Of a stretch of DNA of 64,000 nt, positions 12,117 to 23,107 are shown piece after piece. Under the pieces are notes generated by a model. That model was not told the origin of the DNA. It ran no database searches and saw nothing but the letters and a program-made list of their open reading frames with translations. This DNA is from an uncultured Gammaproteobacteria bacterium. Lineage in GTDB: Bacteria; Pseudomonadota; Gammaproteobacteria; JACCXJ01. The DNA lies in assembly GCA_963764725.1 (NCBI GenBank), contig CAVXTM010000013.1, forward strand, positions 1-64,000. Reading direction: 5' to 3'. Each line of letters starts with the position of its first letter. Within the stretch, counting starts at the first letter, position 1. The position numbers and the translations under genes were made by a program.

Positions 12117-14759
12117 TCAGAACGGTAACTGAAGGCGCGGATCCAAGGCGTGGATTCGATGCCGAAACTCGGCTTGCACGCGCTCTAATGCGGCGGGGGT
12201 GTCGCCCTCGAATCGCAACACCAAACAAGGCGTCGTATTGGAGGGCCGTATGAGGCCCCACGCATCCGGCCAGTCAACCCGTAGGCCATCCATCGTAGTG
12301 ATTTCCGCACCGTCGAATACAGCGGCCTCGCATAATCGCGCCATGAACCGGACATGGTCGCTCTCGGGCATATCGATCTTGAGCTCGGGTGTGGCTAGAC
12401 CGCCCGGTAGCTCGGCGAACACCTGCGTCGGCGAGCGCCCGTCTTGCACCAGGATTTCCAACAATCTGGCCGCGGCATAAAGCGCATCGTCGAAACCGTA
12501 CCAGCGCTCTCTGAAGAATATATGGCCGCTCATCTCACCCGCAAGCGGCGCGTCGGAAACACGCATTTTTGCTTTGATCAAAGAGTGCCCGGTTTTCCAC
12601 ATGACGGGCTTACCACCGTGCTCCTCGATGACCCGCCGCAAGTGCCGGCTGCATTTGACATCGAAGATGATCTCCGTGCCGGGGTTGCGCGCCAGTACAT
12701 CACGTGCGAACAACATCATTTGCCGATCCGGCCATATGATATTACCCTCGCCGTCGACGACACCCAGGCGGTCGCCGTCGCCATCGAAAGCAAGCCCGAG
12801 ATCGGCGCGCTCCGCTTTAACGGCAGCTATCAAATCCCGAAGATTGTCAGGTTGTGCGGGATCCGGATGATGGTTGGGAAAAGATCCGTCAACCTCACAA
12901 TAAAGCTCAATCACATCGTGACCAAGAGCAGTCATGAGCCTAGGCGCCAGCATACCTGGCACTCCGTTTCCGCAATCAACGACTAGCTTCAACCCATTGC
13001 TGAGGGATACGCCGATCGAGTCGGTTATCTGTTGGACGTAAGCAGGCACAACGTCCTGAGTTACCACGGTGCCCGCGCCGCGCGTGAACCCCTGGCGGCG
13101 GATGCGATCTCGGATCGCTGTAATCGCCTCTCCTGACAGCGCCTGGCCGCCCATCACGATTTTTAAGCCATTGTAATTTGAGGGGTTATGGCTCCCCGTG
13201 AGCATGATCCCACTCTGGGTATTGAGATAGTGGGTTGCGAAATAGAGTACCGGGGTCGGCACCATACCGATATCGATGACATTTTGCCCGCTATCGCGGA
13301 GGCCCCTTTGGAGCGCCGCGGCCAGCGCCGGACCCGAAACTCGTCCGTCACGCGCCACGACCACTTCCCCTTGACCCAGATCGCTGGCTTCGCTCCCTAA
13401 TGCCAATCCTATCTGGTAGACGGTTTCCTCTGTCAAGGTCTCAGCGACGATTCCGCGTATGTCGTAAGCGCGGAAGATCGAGTCGGGAACGGAATGGTCT
13501 GACAGCACGCCGCTCGGCGCGGTGGGCGCCGGATCGAGATCAAAATCCACGCTTGGGAGCGGGACAGCGGATCCCAAATCCAAGGCCGAGAGCGGGAGCG
13601 TGTCGTCCGCCGGATCGTCGGATGCAGACGTCGAAGGCTCCGCGGACAACGGCGTGTTGGCTTGAGCAGTCTCCGCCAGGGCCGGAGCGCCGGCGTGGTC
13701 GATCGCCAGGGGAAGCGTGTCGTCTAAGGGATCCCTCGGGATGGTATTCGACGGCTTTGGCACCCGCGCCGGCAGGGATAAATCGGGTACCAGATGTTCC
13801 ACATGCGGGTGTTCGCCATCGATAATCGCTCTTAGCGCTCCCTGATAGACCGGTGGCATGTCACTCACAGGCGGCCGGGCCCACTTTTTCGCGAACACCG
13901 CTGCTCCGATAGTACCTAAAACCACAACTCCGACCCCTAGAAACAGGAGGAGGTTTTCAGTGAACGGCGCATCGGTATTCCACACTCTCTTAGAGAGCGT
14001 CGGCGGCCAATAGGCCAGCACCCACTGCGTCCCAGCGACCGGAACCTGGCTCTGAGCCGCGGTACCGGCGGCGAGCTGTGCGCTTCCGAGCCTAGCTAAC
14101 GCCGGGGAAGCGGCAGGCCCAACCTGTCGCAACTCGATATAAGCGCCGTCTAACCGCAAGGGCTTCACAATCGCATCTAGCACCGCGATGTCCAGACTCG
14201 CGTGAATCGATCCTAAGAACACACCACCGGCGTCGCTGACCGGTTTCACCAGCGCGACCTGCTGTTGGGCGCTGCCAAGAAAATGGACCTCCGCATTCGG
14301 GGCGAGATGGGTGCGCTCCGCATGGCGCAGCATCGCGACAGACGCGTACCCAAGCGGGGGCGTCCCTCGCTCATCGACTTGAATTTGGCCCGCGCGCACA
14401 AACCTTACTTTAAGCGCGTATGGAAGTTGCGTCTGCCGGGCACGCCGGTCCAGCGCCTCTGAGTCAGGATTTTTAAAGGCAGCGATCAGCGCTTCATCAC
14501 GGCTCAGCGCATCTAGAAGCTCGAGCGTTTGCTCAAAGCGACTTCCGACCTCGGTGGCCAAAGCGTCGGCCGTGGCCGATACTTTGGCCTGGGAATCGGT
14601 TGTTTGCTCCGCTTCTCCATTGGAATTAAACGCTAGAGCGGCGCCGATCATGACGCCAAGCGCGACCCCTACCATCGGCAATCGGAAATGGAATCGTCGC
14701 GTGAATCCCCCTGCGCGCACGTTCATGGCGTCTGTCGAGCCTTTAAGATGAAAAAACAA
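12117..14759 (-). CDS. algC: Phosphomannomutase/phosphoglucomutase with N-terminal membrane and periplasmic extension
   Basis: IFRAYDIRG, TGSHNP, DGDGDR, GEMSGH; about 420-aa N-terminal extension with two TM segments. Confidence 0.92.
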   Translation of the reverse strand: MFFHLKGSTDAMNVRAGGFTRRFHFRLPMVGVALGVMIGAALAFNSNGEAEQTTDSQAKVSATADALATEVGSRFEQTLELLDALSRDEALIAAFKNPDSEALDRRARQTQLPYALKVRFVRAGQIQVDERGTPPLGYASVAMLRHAERTHLAPNAEVHFLGSAQQQVALVKPVSDAGGVFLGSIHASLDIAVLDAIVKPLRLDGAYIELRQVGPAASPALARLGSAQLAAGTAAQSQVPVAGTQWVLAYWPPTLSKRVWNTDAPFTENLLLFLGVGVVVLGTIGAAVFAKKWARPPVSDMPPVYQGALRAIIDGEHPHVEHLVPDLSLPARVPKPSNTIPRDPLDDTLPLAIDHAGAPALAETAQANTPLSAEPSTSASDDPADDTLPLSALDLGSAVPLPSVDFDLDPAPTAPSGVLSDHSVPDSIFRAYDIRGIVAETLTEETVYQIGLALGSEASDLGQGEVVVARDGRVSGPALAAALQRGLRDSGQNVIDIGMVPTPVLYFATHYLNTQSGIMLTGSHNPSNYNGLKIVMGGQALSGEAITAIRDRIRRQGFTRGAGTVVTQDVVPAYVQQITDSIGVSLSNGLKLVVDCGNGVPGMLAPRLMTALGHDVIELYCEVDGSFPNHHPDPAQPDNLRDLIAAVKAERADLGLAFDGDGDRLGVVDGEGNIIWPDRQMMLFARDVLARNPGTEIIFDVKCSRHLRRVIEEHGGKPVMWKTGHSLIKAKMRVSDAPLAGEMSGHIFFRERWYGFDDALYAAARLLEILVQDGRSPTQVFAELPGGLATPELKIDMPESDHVRFMARLCEAAVFDGAEITTMDGLRVDWPDAWGLIRPSNTTPCLVLRFEGDTPAALERVQAEFRHRIHALDPRLQLPF

Positions 14760-14764
14760 CGTTG

Positions 14765-15220
14765 TTACGCCAAGCCGGTGTGTCCAAAACCACCCCCATG
14801 ACGCGTCGTCTGCGTGAAGGTCTCAACGATATCTAAACAGGCGGAAACGACCGGAACGAACACAATCTGTGCGATGCGATCTCCAGGTCTGATATCGAAT
14901 GTTTCGCGCCCCCGGTTCCAGCAGGAAACAAAAATCTGCCCTTGGTAATCCGAATCAATCAAGCCCACTAAATTTCCAAGGACGATCCCATGCTTATGCC
15001 CGAGTCCCGACCGCGGTAACACCAGCGCCGCAACTCCCGTATCACCGATATGGATCGCCAAACCGGTCGGTATCAAATGCGTGTCGCCTGGATGACATCT
15101 CAGCGTCGCATCCGTACACGCTCTCAGGTCCATACCCGCGGCTCCCGCGGTCGCGTACTCCGGCAGCGGAAACTCGCGCCCGAGCCTGGGATCGAGCACC
15201 CTAAGCTGTATCTTTTGCAC
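14765..15220 (-). CDS. dut: dUTP diphosphatase
   Basis: [29 protein letters not shown]. Confidence 0.96.
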   Translation of the reverse strand: MQKIQLRVLDPRLGREFPLPEYATAGAAGMDLRACTDATLRCHPGDTHLIPTGLAIHIGDTGVAALVLPRSGLGHKHGIVLGNLVGLIDSDYQGQIFVSCWNRGRETFDIRPGDRIAQIVFVPVVSACLDIVETFTQTTRHGGGFGHTGLA

Positions 15221-16433
15221 GATAACGTTCGGCAATGACGCGAATTAAACGCCGGGCTAAGGTCCGCTTTGAGCCTTTGGCGAGATGGATGCTTCCACCC
15301 CGCCAGAGCACCTCGATCTCATTCCGGTCATGGTCGAATCCCACCCCGTTCGCGGCGACATCGTTTGCCGCGATCATATCGACCGCCTTATCTTCTAGTT
15401 TATTTTTTGCATTGGCAACCACGTTTTCGGTTTCCGCGGCGAACGCGACCGTAAACGGGCGCCGTGCCAAAGCGGTTACGGCCTTTACGATATCGGGTGT
15501 GGGCAGCAAGGTCAGTGTAAGCAAAGCGCCGCCGCGTTTTAGTTTTCGTAATGCCGGCACCCCACAGTGGTAATCCGCAACCGCGGCCGCGGCCACCAAA
15601 ACGTCACAGTGATGGGCACGCGACATTACCTCGCGATACATCTCCTCGGCGCTCGACACCCACACGGGTTCGGCGCCCCGCGGTGGCGCAAGCGCCACGG
15701 GACCACTGACGAGGGTAACCGAGGCTCCCGCCTCCGCGGCGGCTTGCGCGATCGCATAGCCCATTTTTCCTGAGCTTCGGTTGCTCAGGTAACGTACCGG
15801 ATCGATATATTCCCGAGTCGGACCCGCCGTGACCAACACCTCAAGCCCGCTTAACACACCAGGCGCCAGCGCCGCCGTGATCCCTGCGAACAGATCGTCC
15901 GTTTCTACCAGCCGCCCCGGCCCCACCTCACCACAGGCCTGGTCGCCCGCGGCCGGCCCCAAAAACTGCACGCCGCGCTGTTCAAGGATTTTTTTGTTTT
16001 CCTGGGTCGCCGCCGCAAGCCACATCTCGCGATTCATCGCCGGAGCCACCAACATCGGCCGGGTGCTCGCTAGACAGACCGTCGTCAGCAGATCATCGGC
16101 GAGGCCGTGGGCCACCTTCGCCATAAAATTGGCGCTCGCCGGCGTGACGAGGATGAGATCGCACCAGCGGGCCAATTCGATGTGCTGCATACCCGCATCA
16201 CTCCCTTCCGAGAGCAGTTCGGTGTAGACCGGATTTCCCGACAGCGCTTGCAGCGTGAGCGGGCCCAAAAAGGCCTGGGCGGAGCGGGTCATGATGACCT
16301 TGACATCGGCTTTATCTGCGCGTAGACGGCGGACGAGATCCGCGGTTTTATAAGCCGCAATGCCACCCGTGACGCCCACGACGATGCGTTTATGTTCTAG
16401 CACCCGCGCACCTCGTTTGTCCTCGTCCTCCAT
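15201..16433 (-). CDS. coaBC: Bifunctional phosphopantothenoylcysteine decarboxylase/ligase
   Basis: [44 protein letters not shown]. Confidence 0.96.
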   Translation of the reverse strand: MEDEDKRGARVLEHKRIVVGVTGGIAAYKTADLVRRLRADKADVKVIMTRSAQAFLGPLTLQALSGNPVYTELLSEGSDAGMQHIELARWCDLILVTPASANFMAKVAHGLADDLLTTVCLASTRPMLVAPAMNREMWLAAATQENKKILEQRGVQFLGPAAGDQACGEVGPGRLVETDDLFAGITAALAPGVLSGLEVLVTAGPTREYIDPVRYLSNRSSGKMGYAIAQAAAEAGASVTLVSGPVALAPPRGAEPVWVSSAEEMYREVMSRAHHCDVLVAAAAVADYHCGVPALRKLKRGGALLTLTLLPTPDIVKAVTALARRPFTVAFAAETENVVANAKNKLEDKAVDMIAANDVAANGVGFDHDRNEIEVLWRGGSIHLAKGSKRTLARRLIRVIAERYRAKDTA

Positions 16434-16487
16434 TCGTACTATTGTATTGGCACACTTGACGCGCCGCCAAGCGACATGGAGGTTAGG

Positions 16488-17162
16488 ATGCCGATCAACG
16501 ACTGGCCGCCGGCAGAGCGCCCGCGGGAAAAACTTCTGGCCAAAGGCCCGCGGAGCCTATCCGACGCCGAGATGATCGCTATCTTCCTGCGTAATGGCGT
16601 GCGCGGGAAAACCGCGGTGGACTTAGCGCGGGAGATGATCACCGGGTTCGGGGGTTTGCGCGCCTTAATCGATGCAACCCATGCGGAATTTTGCCGCACC
16701 CGCGGTGGCGGCACGGCCAAATACGTACAGATCCAAGCGGCGCTTGAGCTCGGGCGGCGTTACCTGGAGGAGAAACTCAACCGGGGGGATGCCCTGTGTA
16801 ATCCTGAGGACACTCGCCGTTACTTGAACGCCTCGATGCGCAACCTTCCGCATGAAGTCTTTGCCTGTTTGTTTCTCGATACGCGACACCGTATTATCTG
16901 TTTCGAGGAGCTTTTCCGAGGCACTCTGGATGCCGCCAGTGTGTACCCGCGTGAGGTGGTTAAACGCGCCCTTTTGCACAATGCCGCGGCGGTCATACTG
17001 GCCCATAACCACCCCTCGGGGATCGCAGAACCGAGCAGTGCCGACAAAGCGCTCACCGCGCGCCTGCGGAATGCACTGGAGCTGATTGAAATACGCGTGC
17101 TTGACCACTTCGTTATCGGGGAGGGTGATATCGTTTCCATGGCGGAACGCGGTTTGATGTAA
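16488..17162 (+). CDS. radC: RadC/JAB-domain protein
   Basis: [29 protein letters not shown]; chromosomal coaBC-radC-rpmB position. Confidence 0.95.
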   Translation: MPINDWPPAERPREKLLAKGPRSLSDAEMIAIFLRNGVRGKTAVDLAREMITGFGGLRALIDATHAEFCRTRGGGTAKYVQIQAALELGRRYLEEKLNRGDALCNPEDTRRYLNASMRNLPHEVFACLFLDTRHRIICFEELFRGTLDAASVYPREVVKRALLHNAAAVILAHNHPSGIAEPSSADKALTARLRNALELIEIRVLDHFVIGEGDIVSMAERGLM

Positions 17163-17255
17163 CACAGCGAACCATCGTGGCTACGGATGAGAGAGAATGC
17201 TTGGTGAATTCGGGCGATTGTTTGTAGAATTCCATTTTTCCTTGGACTAAAGACA

Positions 17256-17492
17256 ATGGCTCGTGTATGTCAAATTACCGGTAAGCGCCCACAGACTGGG
17301 TGCAATGTTTCGCACGCGAATAATAAAACCCGACGGCGATTCTTGCCTAATCTCCAAAACCATCGAATTTGGGTGGAGAGTGAGCAACGATGGGTCCGGT
17401 TGCGGATCAGTACCAAGGGATTGCGCATTATCGATAAACTCGGCATCGACGAGGTCATCGCCGACCTCCGTCGCCGCGGCATTAAGGTTTAG
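17256..17492 (+). CDS. rpmB: 50S ribosomal protein L28
   Basis: [12 protein letters not shown]...[15 protein letters not shown]. Confidence 0.97.
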   Translation: MARVCQITGKRPQTGCNVSHANNKTRRRFLPNLQNHRIWVESEQRWVRLRISTKGLRIIDKLGIDEVIADLRRRGIKV

Positions 17493-17502
17493 GTTCATTA
17501 CT

Positions 17503-17658
17503 ATGCGCGAAAAAATTAAACTGCTCTCAAGCGCTGGGACGGGTCACTATTACACCACCACCAAGAACAAACAGTTGCACCCGAACAAATTAGAGGTAAA
17601 GAAATTCGATCCGGTGGTGCGCAAGCATGTAGTGTATAAGGAAGCGAAGATAAAATAG
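17503..17658 (+). CDS. rpmG: 50S ribosomal protein L33
   Basis: [23 protein letters not shown]...[19 protein letters not shown], 51 aa. Confidence 0.97.
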   Translation: MREKIKLLSSAGTGHYYTTTKNKQLHPNKLEVKKFDPVVRKHVVYKEAKIK

Positions 17659-17673
17659 TTTCAGAGGCTGTTT

Positions 17674-17707
17674 AATAGCGGAGCCCGCAATCGCGGGCCC
17701 CGCTATT
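17674..17707. terminator. Probable bidirectional intrinsic terminator
   Basis: AATAGCGGAGCCCGC-AATC-GCGGGCCCCGCTATT hairpin between convergent rpmG and the desaturase. Confidence 0.7.
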
Positions 17708-17732
17708 CATATAGATAGGCAAAGATGCTGCC

Positions 17733-18908
17733 TCAAGCCTGTTGCAAGGTATAGCCCCGCAAGGAATGGGCGAACTCTTGGAGGGCTGTGATACCGGTCT
17801 CCTCAGCCTGCCGGCACCATACCTGAAGGGTCGCGAGCAAGCTCTCGTAACTGGCCGTACGCTCTTGCCAAAGCCGTTGCAATTGGACTTTGAACTCATA
17901 CACCGTTTCGAGCGAGTGGCTATGCAAGAAAGCACGTGCGAGATGATCCTTTGCGTCCTCATTCAAGCGCGACTCTTCCCGGGTCAACCACCCTTTGGTG
18001 GCCTTTAACACATCTTTCACGTCACCGGTCGCCTTACGCAACTCCTCTTTATGGACCTGACCGACCACTTCCCTGGCATAGCGCGCCATAACGTGAAGGT
18101 GATTGGCAACGATGGCGCGGACCGTATCGACGTCGAGACCGTCCTTGCCGATCGTAAGGACAGGCTGCGGTGCGAGTTTTTTCACCCGCGCGAGTCCCAC
18201 CAGAGCAAACATCTTTATATACATCCAGCCGATATCAAATTCCCACCGTTTTGACGATAACTTGGCGGAACTCGCGAAGGCATGGTGGTTATTGTGTAGC
18301 TCTTCCCCGCCGATCAATATCCCCCAGGGAGATATGTTCGTGGACGCATCGGGGCATTCGAAATTCCGATAACCCCAGTAATGCCCAAGGCCATTGACAA
18401 TACCGGCTGCGAAAATCGGGATCCACATCATCTGCACGGCCCATACTGTGAGTCCGAGCGGTCCGAAGAGCAAAACATTGATGACGAGCATCGATCCCAC
18501 ACCGAATTTCCCATGCTTTGTGTACACATTGCGCTCTATCCAATCGTCGGGGGTGCCGTGGCCGTACTTTTCCAACGTTTCCTGATCTTTCGTCCCCTCC
18601 CGATAAAGCTCCGTGCCCTCAAGCAACAATTTCTTAATCCCATAGACCTGGGGGCTGTGCGGATCGTCTTTCGTTTCCACACAGGCGTGATGTTTGCGAT
18701 GCACCGCCACCCATTGGCGCGTCACCATCCCGGTCGTCAACCACAACCAAAAGCGGAAAAAATGCGCTATCACCGGGTGCAGATCCAGCGCCCGATGCGC
18801 TTGATGCCGGTGGAGAAAGACGGTCACTGTGACAATGGTGATATGGGTTAATACCAGCGTGTAGATCACGCAACCCCACACGGGTATATCTAAAAGGCCT
18901 GTGGCCAT
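17733..18908 (-). CDS. Delta-9 acyl-CoA fatty acid desaturase (DesA type)
   Basis: His boxes HRHQAH, HRKHH, HNNHH; TM segments. Confidence 0.92.
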   Translation of the reverse strand: MATGLLDIPVWGCVIYTLVLTHITIVTVTVFLHRHQAHRALDLHPVIAHFFRFWLWLTTGMVTRQWVAVHRKHHACVETKDDPHSPQVYGIKKLLLEGTELYREGTKDQETLEKYGHGTPDDWIERNVYTKHGKFGVGSMLVINVLLFGPLGLTVWAVQMMWIPIFAAGIVNGLGHYWGYRNFECPDASTNISPWGILIGGEELHNNHHAFASSAKLSSKRWEFDIGWMYIKMFALVGLARVKKLAPQPVLTIGKDGLDVDTVRAIVANHLHVMARYAREVVGQVHKEELRKATGDVKDVLKATKGWLTREESRLNEDAKDHLARAFLHSHSLETVYEFKVQLQRLWQERTASYESLLATLQVWCRQAEETGITALQEFAHSLRGYTLQQA

Positions 18909-19072
18909 GCGGCGCCTCCGTTGTAATTTTGGTCTAGTGAGAATCTCTCGGTCATGCTAACCGATAAAACCTTTTCGGTCTACTCGCCGCCCCTACGTAG
19001 TTTGCTGAATTTCCGCTTTGCGTGGGCGACGGCAGCGCTTAGCATAGCATAGGAGTTAAATCGTATGACCCA

Positions 19073-19704
19073 ATGTTGACCGCTTTAAAAATCGCCGCTC
19101 GCAAAAGCCCCTTGGCGTTACATCAGGCAAATTTCATGCGCGGGTGCTTGCTCGAAGTATACCCTGCCATCGAGACCGCACTGCTCAAGGTTCGGACGCA
19201 AGGCGACCGCTATCTCGACACACCGCTCGGTGGGCTCGGTGGCAAGGGGCTCTCCGTCAAGGAGTTGGAACAGACGTTTTTGGAGGGCGCCGCCGATCTA
19301 GCGGTGCATTCCATGAAAGACACTGTCGATCTACCGGAAGGCTTGGTCATTCCCGTTGTTCTAAAGCGCGAAGACTCGCCCCGATCCCGCCTGCGTGGGA
19401 AGCCTTGATTGAGCGCTGGGAACAAGGTCAAATAGATGCCGTCATTACCACCAGCAGCGAGGGCTTGCGTAATATTTTTGATATCATGGGCGAACGGCAA
19501 GATCTGCTGCTCGGGTGCGCGATCACGGTGATGAACGAACGCATGGCGGTTTATGCACGAGAACTGGGCTGCGCACACCCAATCGTGGCCGCGGAGGCGA
19601 GCGATGCCGGTCTGCTCGCTACGCTCGTGGCATGGCGCACTGGGTTGAAAGCGACAGAGGGCCGGACGACACAATCGAAGGTGCGACATAACGAGAACGG
19701 ATAA
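19073..19704 (+). pseudogene. hemC: hemC 5' part joined to hemD 3' part by an internal deletion
   Basis: RKSPLALHQA...GGKGLSVKELE...DLAVHSMKD...KREDSP (HemC N-terminus), then IDAVITTSSEGLRN (HemD C-terminus) in another frame; upstream of hemX-hemY. Confidence 0.8.
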
Positions 19705-20907
19705 ATGGAAAAAGACGAACCCCTCGCACCGCCCCTCTCTCCCGATGAGCCGCAAACCAACGAGCCCACCGTCGAGACCCGTCCCGATCCGAAACCGCAA
19801 GGACCCTGGCTTACGCGCATCCTGATCGTGCTCTTCGCGGTGGCCGCCGCCGCCACGTTCAAGTGGTGGCGTTACGATTACACGCCGGCCATCCGGCACT
19901 ACAACAATCAACTGCAAGACTTGAACGCGCGCATCGACTCGCTGCGCGCTGACATCGGAGCTATCGGCGGGAAAAACACGGAGACCGCCATCTTGATCGA
20001 GGGCCTTCAGCGCGAGCAGAAATCGCTCGCGCGCACGCTCGGTAATCTCGCGCTGCAAAAGCCGAATAGCGTCGAGGGCCTGGCATTGGCCGAGGTGGAA
20101 TTCCTAATCGCAACCGCACAACACCGTCTGGATCTGGCGCACGATGTTCCCATGGCGCTCACAGCACTAGAAACCGCTGACGGACGTTTGCAGCGGCTTG
20201 ACAGACCGGACTTAAAAAACGTGCGCGAGCAGTTGGTTAAGGATATGAATTCCCTGCGCGCGGTCCCGATGACCGACGTTGCCGGTATCGCGCTCTATTT
20301 AGGGGACATCATCGACCGCAGCGACGATCTTCCTTTCAAGGCTGAGCTCGCGCCGCCGGCGCCGGCGGCGCAGCCGGCGAAGTCCCCCGAAATCGATACC
20401 TGGACGGATCTGGCCGGCGCCATCTGGAAGGACCTAGCGAACATGGTCTCGATACAGCAAATGGACACCCGCGATCCGTTCTTGTTCGACGTCGCCTTTC
20501 GCCGCTTAGTGCAACAGCATTTGCGGCTGGACCTTTTCAATGCGCGGCTCAACGTTCTGGACCGCGACACGAAAAACCTACGCGCCGCAATAGACAGTTT
20601 ATCCGAGGTGCTTGCCCGCTATTACGACACCGATGCCGAAACGGTGTCCAGCTTGCTCGCTAAACTCAAGGAATTTCGCGCATTGGAACTGAAACCACCT
20701 TTGCCCGACATCTCGGGGTCCATGAGAGCGATCCGCGACTATATCGTGGCCCAGAAACAAGGCCTTCCCGCGCCGGCTGAAAGCGCTCATCCGGCCGCGT
20801 CCCCATCCCAAGTGCCGGCCCCATCGGTAGAGGCTGGCGCCTCGCCCGCCGAGACTAAAGGTCAAGGGGTTGAACAGGCGATCGAGGCCGAGAAGCCGCG
20901 GCAATGA
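19705..20907 (+). CDS. hemX: HemX-family protein
   Basis: TM helix, coiled coil, LAEVEFLI...A.HRL, RYYD; hemCDXY order. Confidence 0.85.
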   Translation: MEKDEPLAPPLSPDEPQTNEPTVETRPDPKPQGPWLTRILIVLFAVAAAATFKWWRYDYTPAIRHYNNQLQDLNARIDSLRADIGAIGGKNTETAILIEGLQREQKSLARTLGNLALQKPNSVEGLALAEVEFLIATAQHRLDLAHDVPMALTALETADGRLQRLDRPDLKNVREQLVKDMNSLRAVPMTDVAGIALYLGDIIDRSDDLPFKAELAPPAPAAQPAKSPEIDTWTDLAGAIWKDLANMVSIQQMDTRDPFLFDVAFRRLVQQHLRLDLFNARLNVLDRDTKNLRAAIDSLSEVLARYYDTDAETVSSLLAKLKEFRALELKPPLPDISGSMRAIRDYIVAQKQGLPAPAESAHPAASPSQVPAPSVEAGASPAETKGQGVEQAIEAEKPRQ

Positions 20908-22118
20908 GATCGCTGTTCCTTGGCTTGCTCGCGCTGCTCGCGGCGGTAATCGTCGCGCAAGTCTCGAGCGAGGACCCGGGCTTCGTGGTGATTGGCTACC
21001 ACGGCCGTTTGCTGCGAACCAGCGTCAACTTTTTTGTATTCCTGCTCGGATTATTGGCCGTCACGCTTTATCTATTGCTGCGCCTGCTCGCGAAGCTCTG
21101 GTCCGCTCCCCGACGTTTGTTCGACTGGGGCCTCACTCAGCGTAGCGACCGGGCGCAGAAAGCCTTAGTGAACGGCGTAATGGCACTTGCCGAGGGCAAC
21201 TGGGAACGCGCCGAGGGAACGTTCAGCCGAAATGCCGCGACCAGCGAGTATCCGCTGGTCCACTATTTGGCCGCCGCCCAGGCCGCGCATTCTCAACGCG
21301 CCTGGACACGCCGCGACGAATATCTTCGTCTCGCGCAGGAAACCGGCCCCCAAGCACAGCTCGCCGTTGGGCTTACCGAAGCCGAGCTGCAACTGCAACA
21401 AGGCCAATGGGAGCAAGCGAAAGCGACTCTGCTGCGGCTGCGCGCGATCAACTCTTCGCATCCTCGGGTACTGAAACTTTCGCTTCGGCTGCTTACGCAA
21501 ACGCGGGACTGGCAGCAGCTGTTGGATCTCCTGCCCGCGCTAAAGCAGCGTAATGTCTGTAGCGCGGAGGAAATCTTAGCGCGCCAAACCGATGCCCATG
21601 CGGGACTGCTGGCCAACGCCCAGGACGCGGATGCGCTCGAGGCCGTCTGGTCCCGGATCCCGAACACTCTACGCCGTCACCCCGCGATCATCGAAGTCTA
21701 CGCCGCTCGCGCACAAGCCTTCGGCCAAGGATCCAAGGCCATCCCTCTGATCCAAAAAGCACTTAAGAGCGATTGGGACGAGGCGCTAGTGAAACGTTAC
21801 GGGCTCATGCCGAGCAAGGATTTGGCTGCGCAGATCAACGCGGCCGAAAAATGGCTAGGCAGCCATGGCGACGATGCAACACTGTTGCTCACCTTAGGCA
21901 GGCTCTGCTTTAGAAGCGAGCTATGGGGCAAGGCCTGCTATTACCTCGAGGCATACATCAAACAAAACCCGGCGCCCGAAGCGTATTGGCTCCTGGCGGA
22001 AACGCTGGACCGTATCGGAGATCCCGACCGCGCGACCGAGCATAGACGCCTCGGATTGGAAATGGCGACCCGCGACGCCGGAACGCCGGTACCGCTACCG
22101 GTAGCGAGCGAAAGTTGA
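20904..22118 (+). CDS. hemY: HemY TPR protein
   Basis: DPGFVVIGY, LAEGNWERAE, LLLTLGRLC...LWGKA. Confidence 0.9.
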   Translation: MRSLFLGLLALLAAVIVAQVSSEDPGFVVIGYHGRLLRTSVNFFVFLLGLLAVTLYLLLRLLAKLWSAPRRLFDWGLTQRSDRAQKALVNGVMALAEGNWERAEGTFSRNAATSEYPLVHYLAAAQAAHSQRAWTRRDEYLRLAQETGPQAQLAVGLTEAELQLQQGQWEQAKATLLRLRAINSSHPRVLKLSLRLLTQTRDWQQLLDLLPALKQRNVCSAEEILARQTDAHAGLLANAQDADALEAVWSRIPNTLRRHPAIIEVYAARAQAFGQGSKAIPLIQKALKSDWDEALVKRYGLMPSKDLAAQINAAEKWLGSHGDDATLLLTLGRLCFRSELWGKACYYLEAYIKQNPAPEAYWLLAETLDRIGDPDRATEHRRLGLEMATRDAGTPVPLPVASES

Positions 22119-22123
22119 TCGTT

Positions 22124-22780
22124 TTAGGGTTGGCTCCGGTTACTATTGAGCCAACGCAACAGCGGCGCCCATTGCTCGCGATCTTGCAAGGTTGCGGAGC
22201 GCGCGAACTCGAAGATACTCAACCCCCGGCCAGCCGCGTGCACGTAGTTTTGGCTCGCTCGCAGTACCGCCAGACAGGGTAGCTTGTGTCCGTCGGGAAG
22301 CCGCAAGGTGTCAAGGTACTCGGAGAGGCTCAGGGCCGCGAGCGTATGGTCCCGCATACGATTGGCGACCGTTGCGATTCTTACTTCTTGGTTGACCACT
22401 CGGCGCAAGGCCATCAATTCGCTTAAGAAACGCGAGGCCGCGCGAATATCCATCGGAGAGGGCAATAAGGGAATAATGACCGATTGGGCGCGCCGCAAGA
22501 ACTCGCTCAGCACCTGAGGATCGCGCAGTCCCGCGGGCGAGTCCACGATCGTAACCTCCGCATCCCTTGGGACGCGCACCGCGTCCTTCCAAGCGGCGAT
22601 GCCATGAATTTTAGGGCGGTCTTCGGGGCGCGCGGCGAGCCAGTCCAAGGTCGATGCCTGCGGATCATAGTCCACCAAGACGACGTTCTTCTTCCGCTCG
22701 GCGTAATACCCGGCGAGATTCGTCGCGACTGTGGACTTGCCGCACCCTCCCTTCGGGTTCATCACGAGTATCGAGCGCAT
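22124..22780 (-). CDS. ParA-family ATPase
   Basis: NPKGGCGKST, DYDPQAS, IVDSPAG. Confidence 0.85.
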   Translation of the reverse strand: MRSILVMNPKGGCGKSTVATNLAGYYAERKKNVVLVDYDPQASTLDWLAARPEDRPKIHGIAAWKDAVRVPRDAEVTIVDSPAGLRDPQVLSEFLRRAQSVIIPLLPSPMDIRAASRFLSELMALRRVVNQEVRIATVANRMRDHTLAALSLSEYLDTLRLPDGHKLPCLAVLRASQNYVHAAGRGLSIFEFARSATLQDREQWAPLLRWLNSNRSQP

Positions 22781-22880
22781 ACTGTCCCCCGCTAGTTATT
22801 GTTGGCGATATTATAGTAACGGCCGCACACACGCAGCCAGCGGAAATTTTTCTCCCGCTAAGGAGAGGAGAAACGCCGAG

Positions 22881-23096
22881 CTAATGCGCTGCAGGCCCGG
22901 CGGTCTTGGAAGCTTTCCGGCGTCTCGCGATCGCATTGATGTCGATTTCGTGTTCGGCCGGAGTTGCCGAAGCGCCGCAGCACCCGCCCCCCCTCCCCGC
23001 CTTTGCCCGGCGCCCGCGGCGAAAACGGCGCACGCTAAGCAAACCCACGATGCCGACCAAAGCTAACGCTAGAAGCTCTTGCAGTTCCGCGTTCAT
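22881..23096 (-). CDS. FeoB-associated Cys-rich small membrane protein (71 aa)
   Basis: TM helix followed by basic stretch and GGGCCG; directly downstream of feoB. Confidence 0.75.
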   Translation of the reverse strand: MNAELQELLALALVGIVGLLSVRRFRRGRRAKAGRGGGCCGASATPAEHEIDINAIARRRKASKTAGPAAH

Positions 23097-23107
23097 TGCC
23101 AGATTCG

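Noticed and set aside
16488-17162. radC as a marker of a mobile element
   Set aside because: Full-length form in the standard chromosomal coaBC-radC-rpmB-rpmG position
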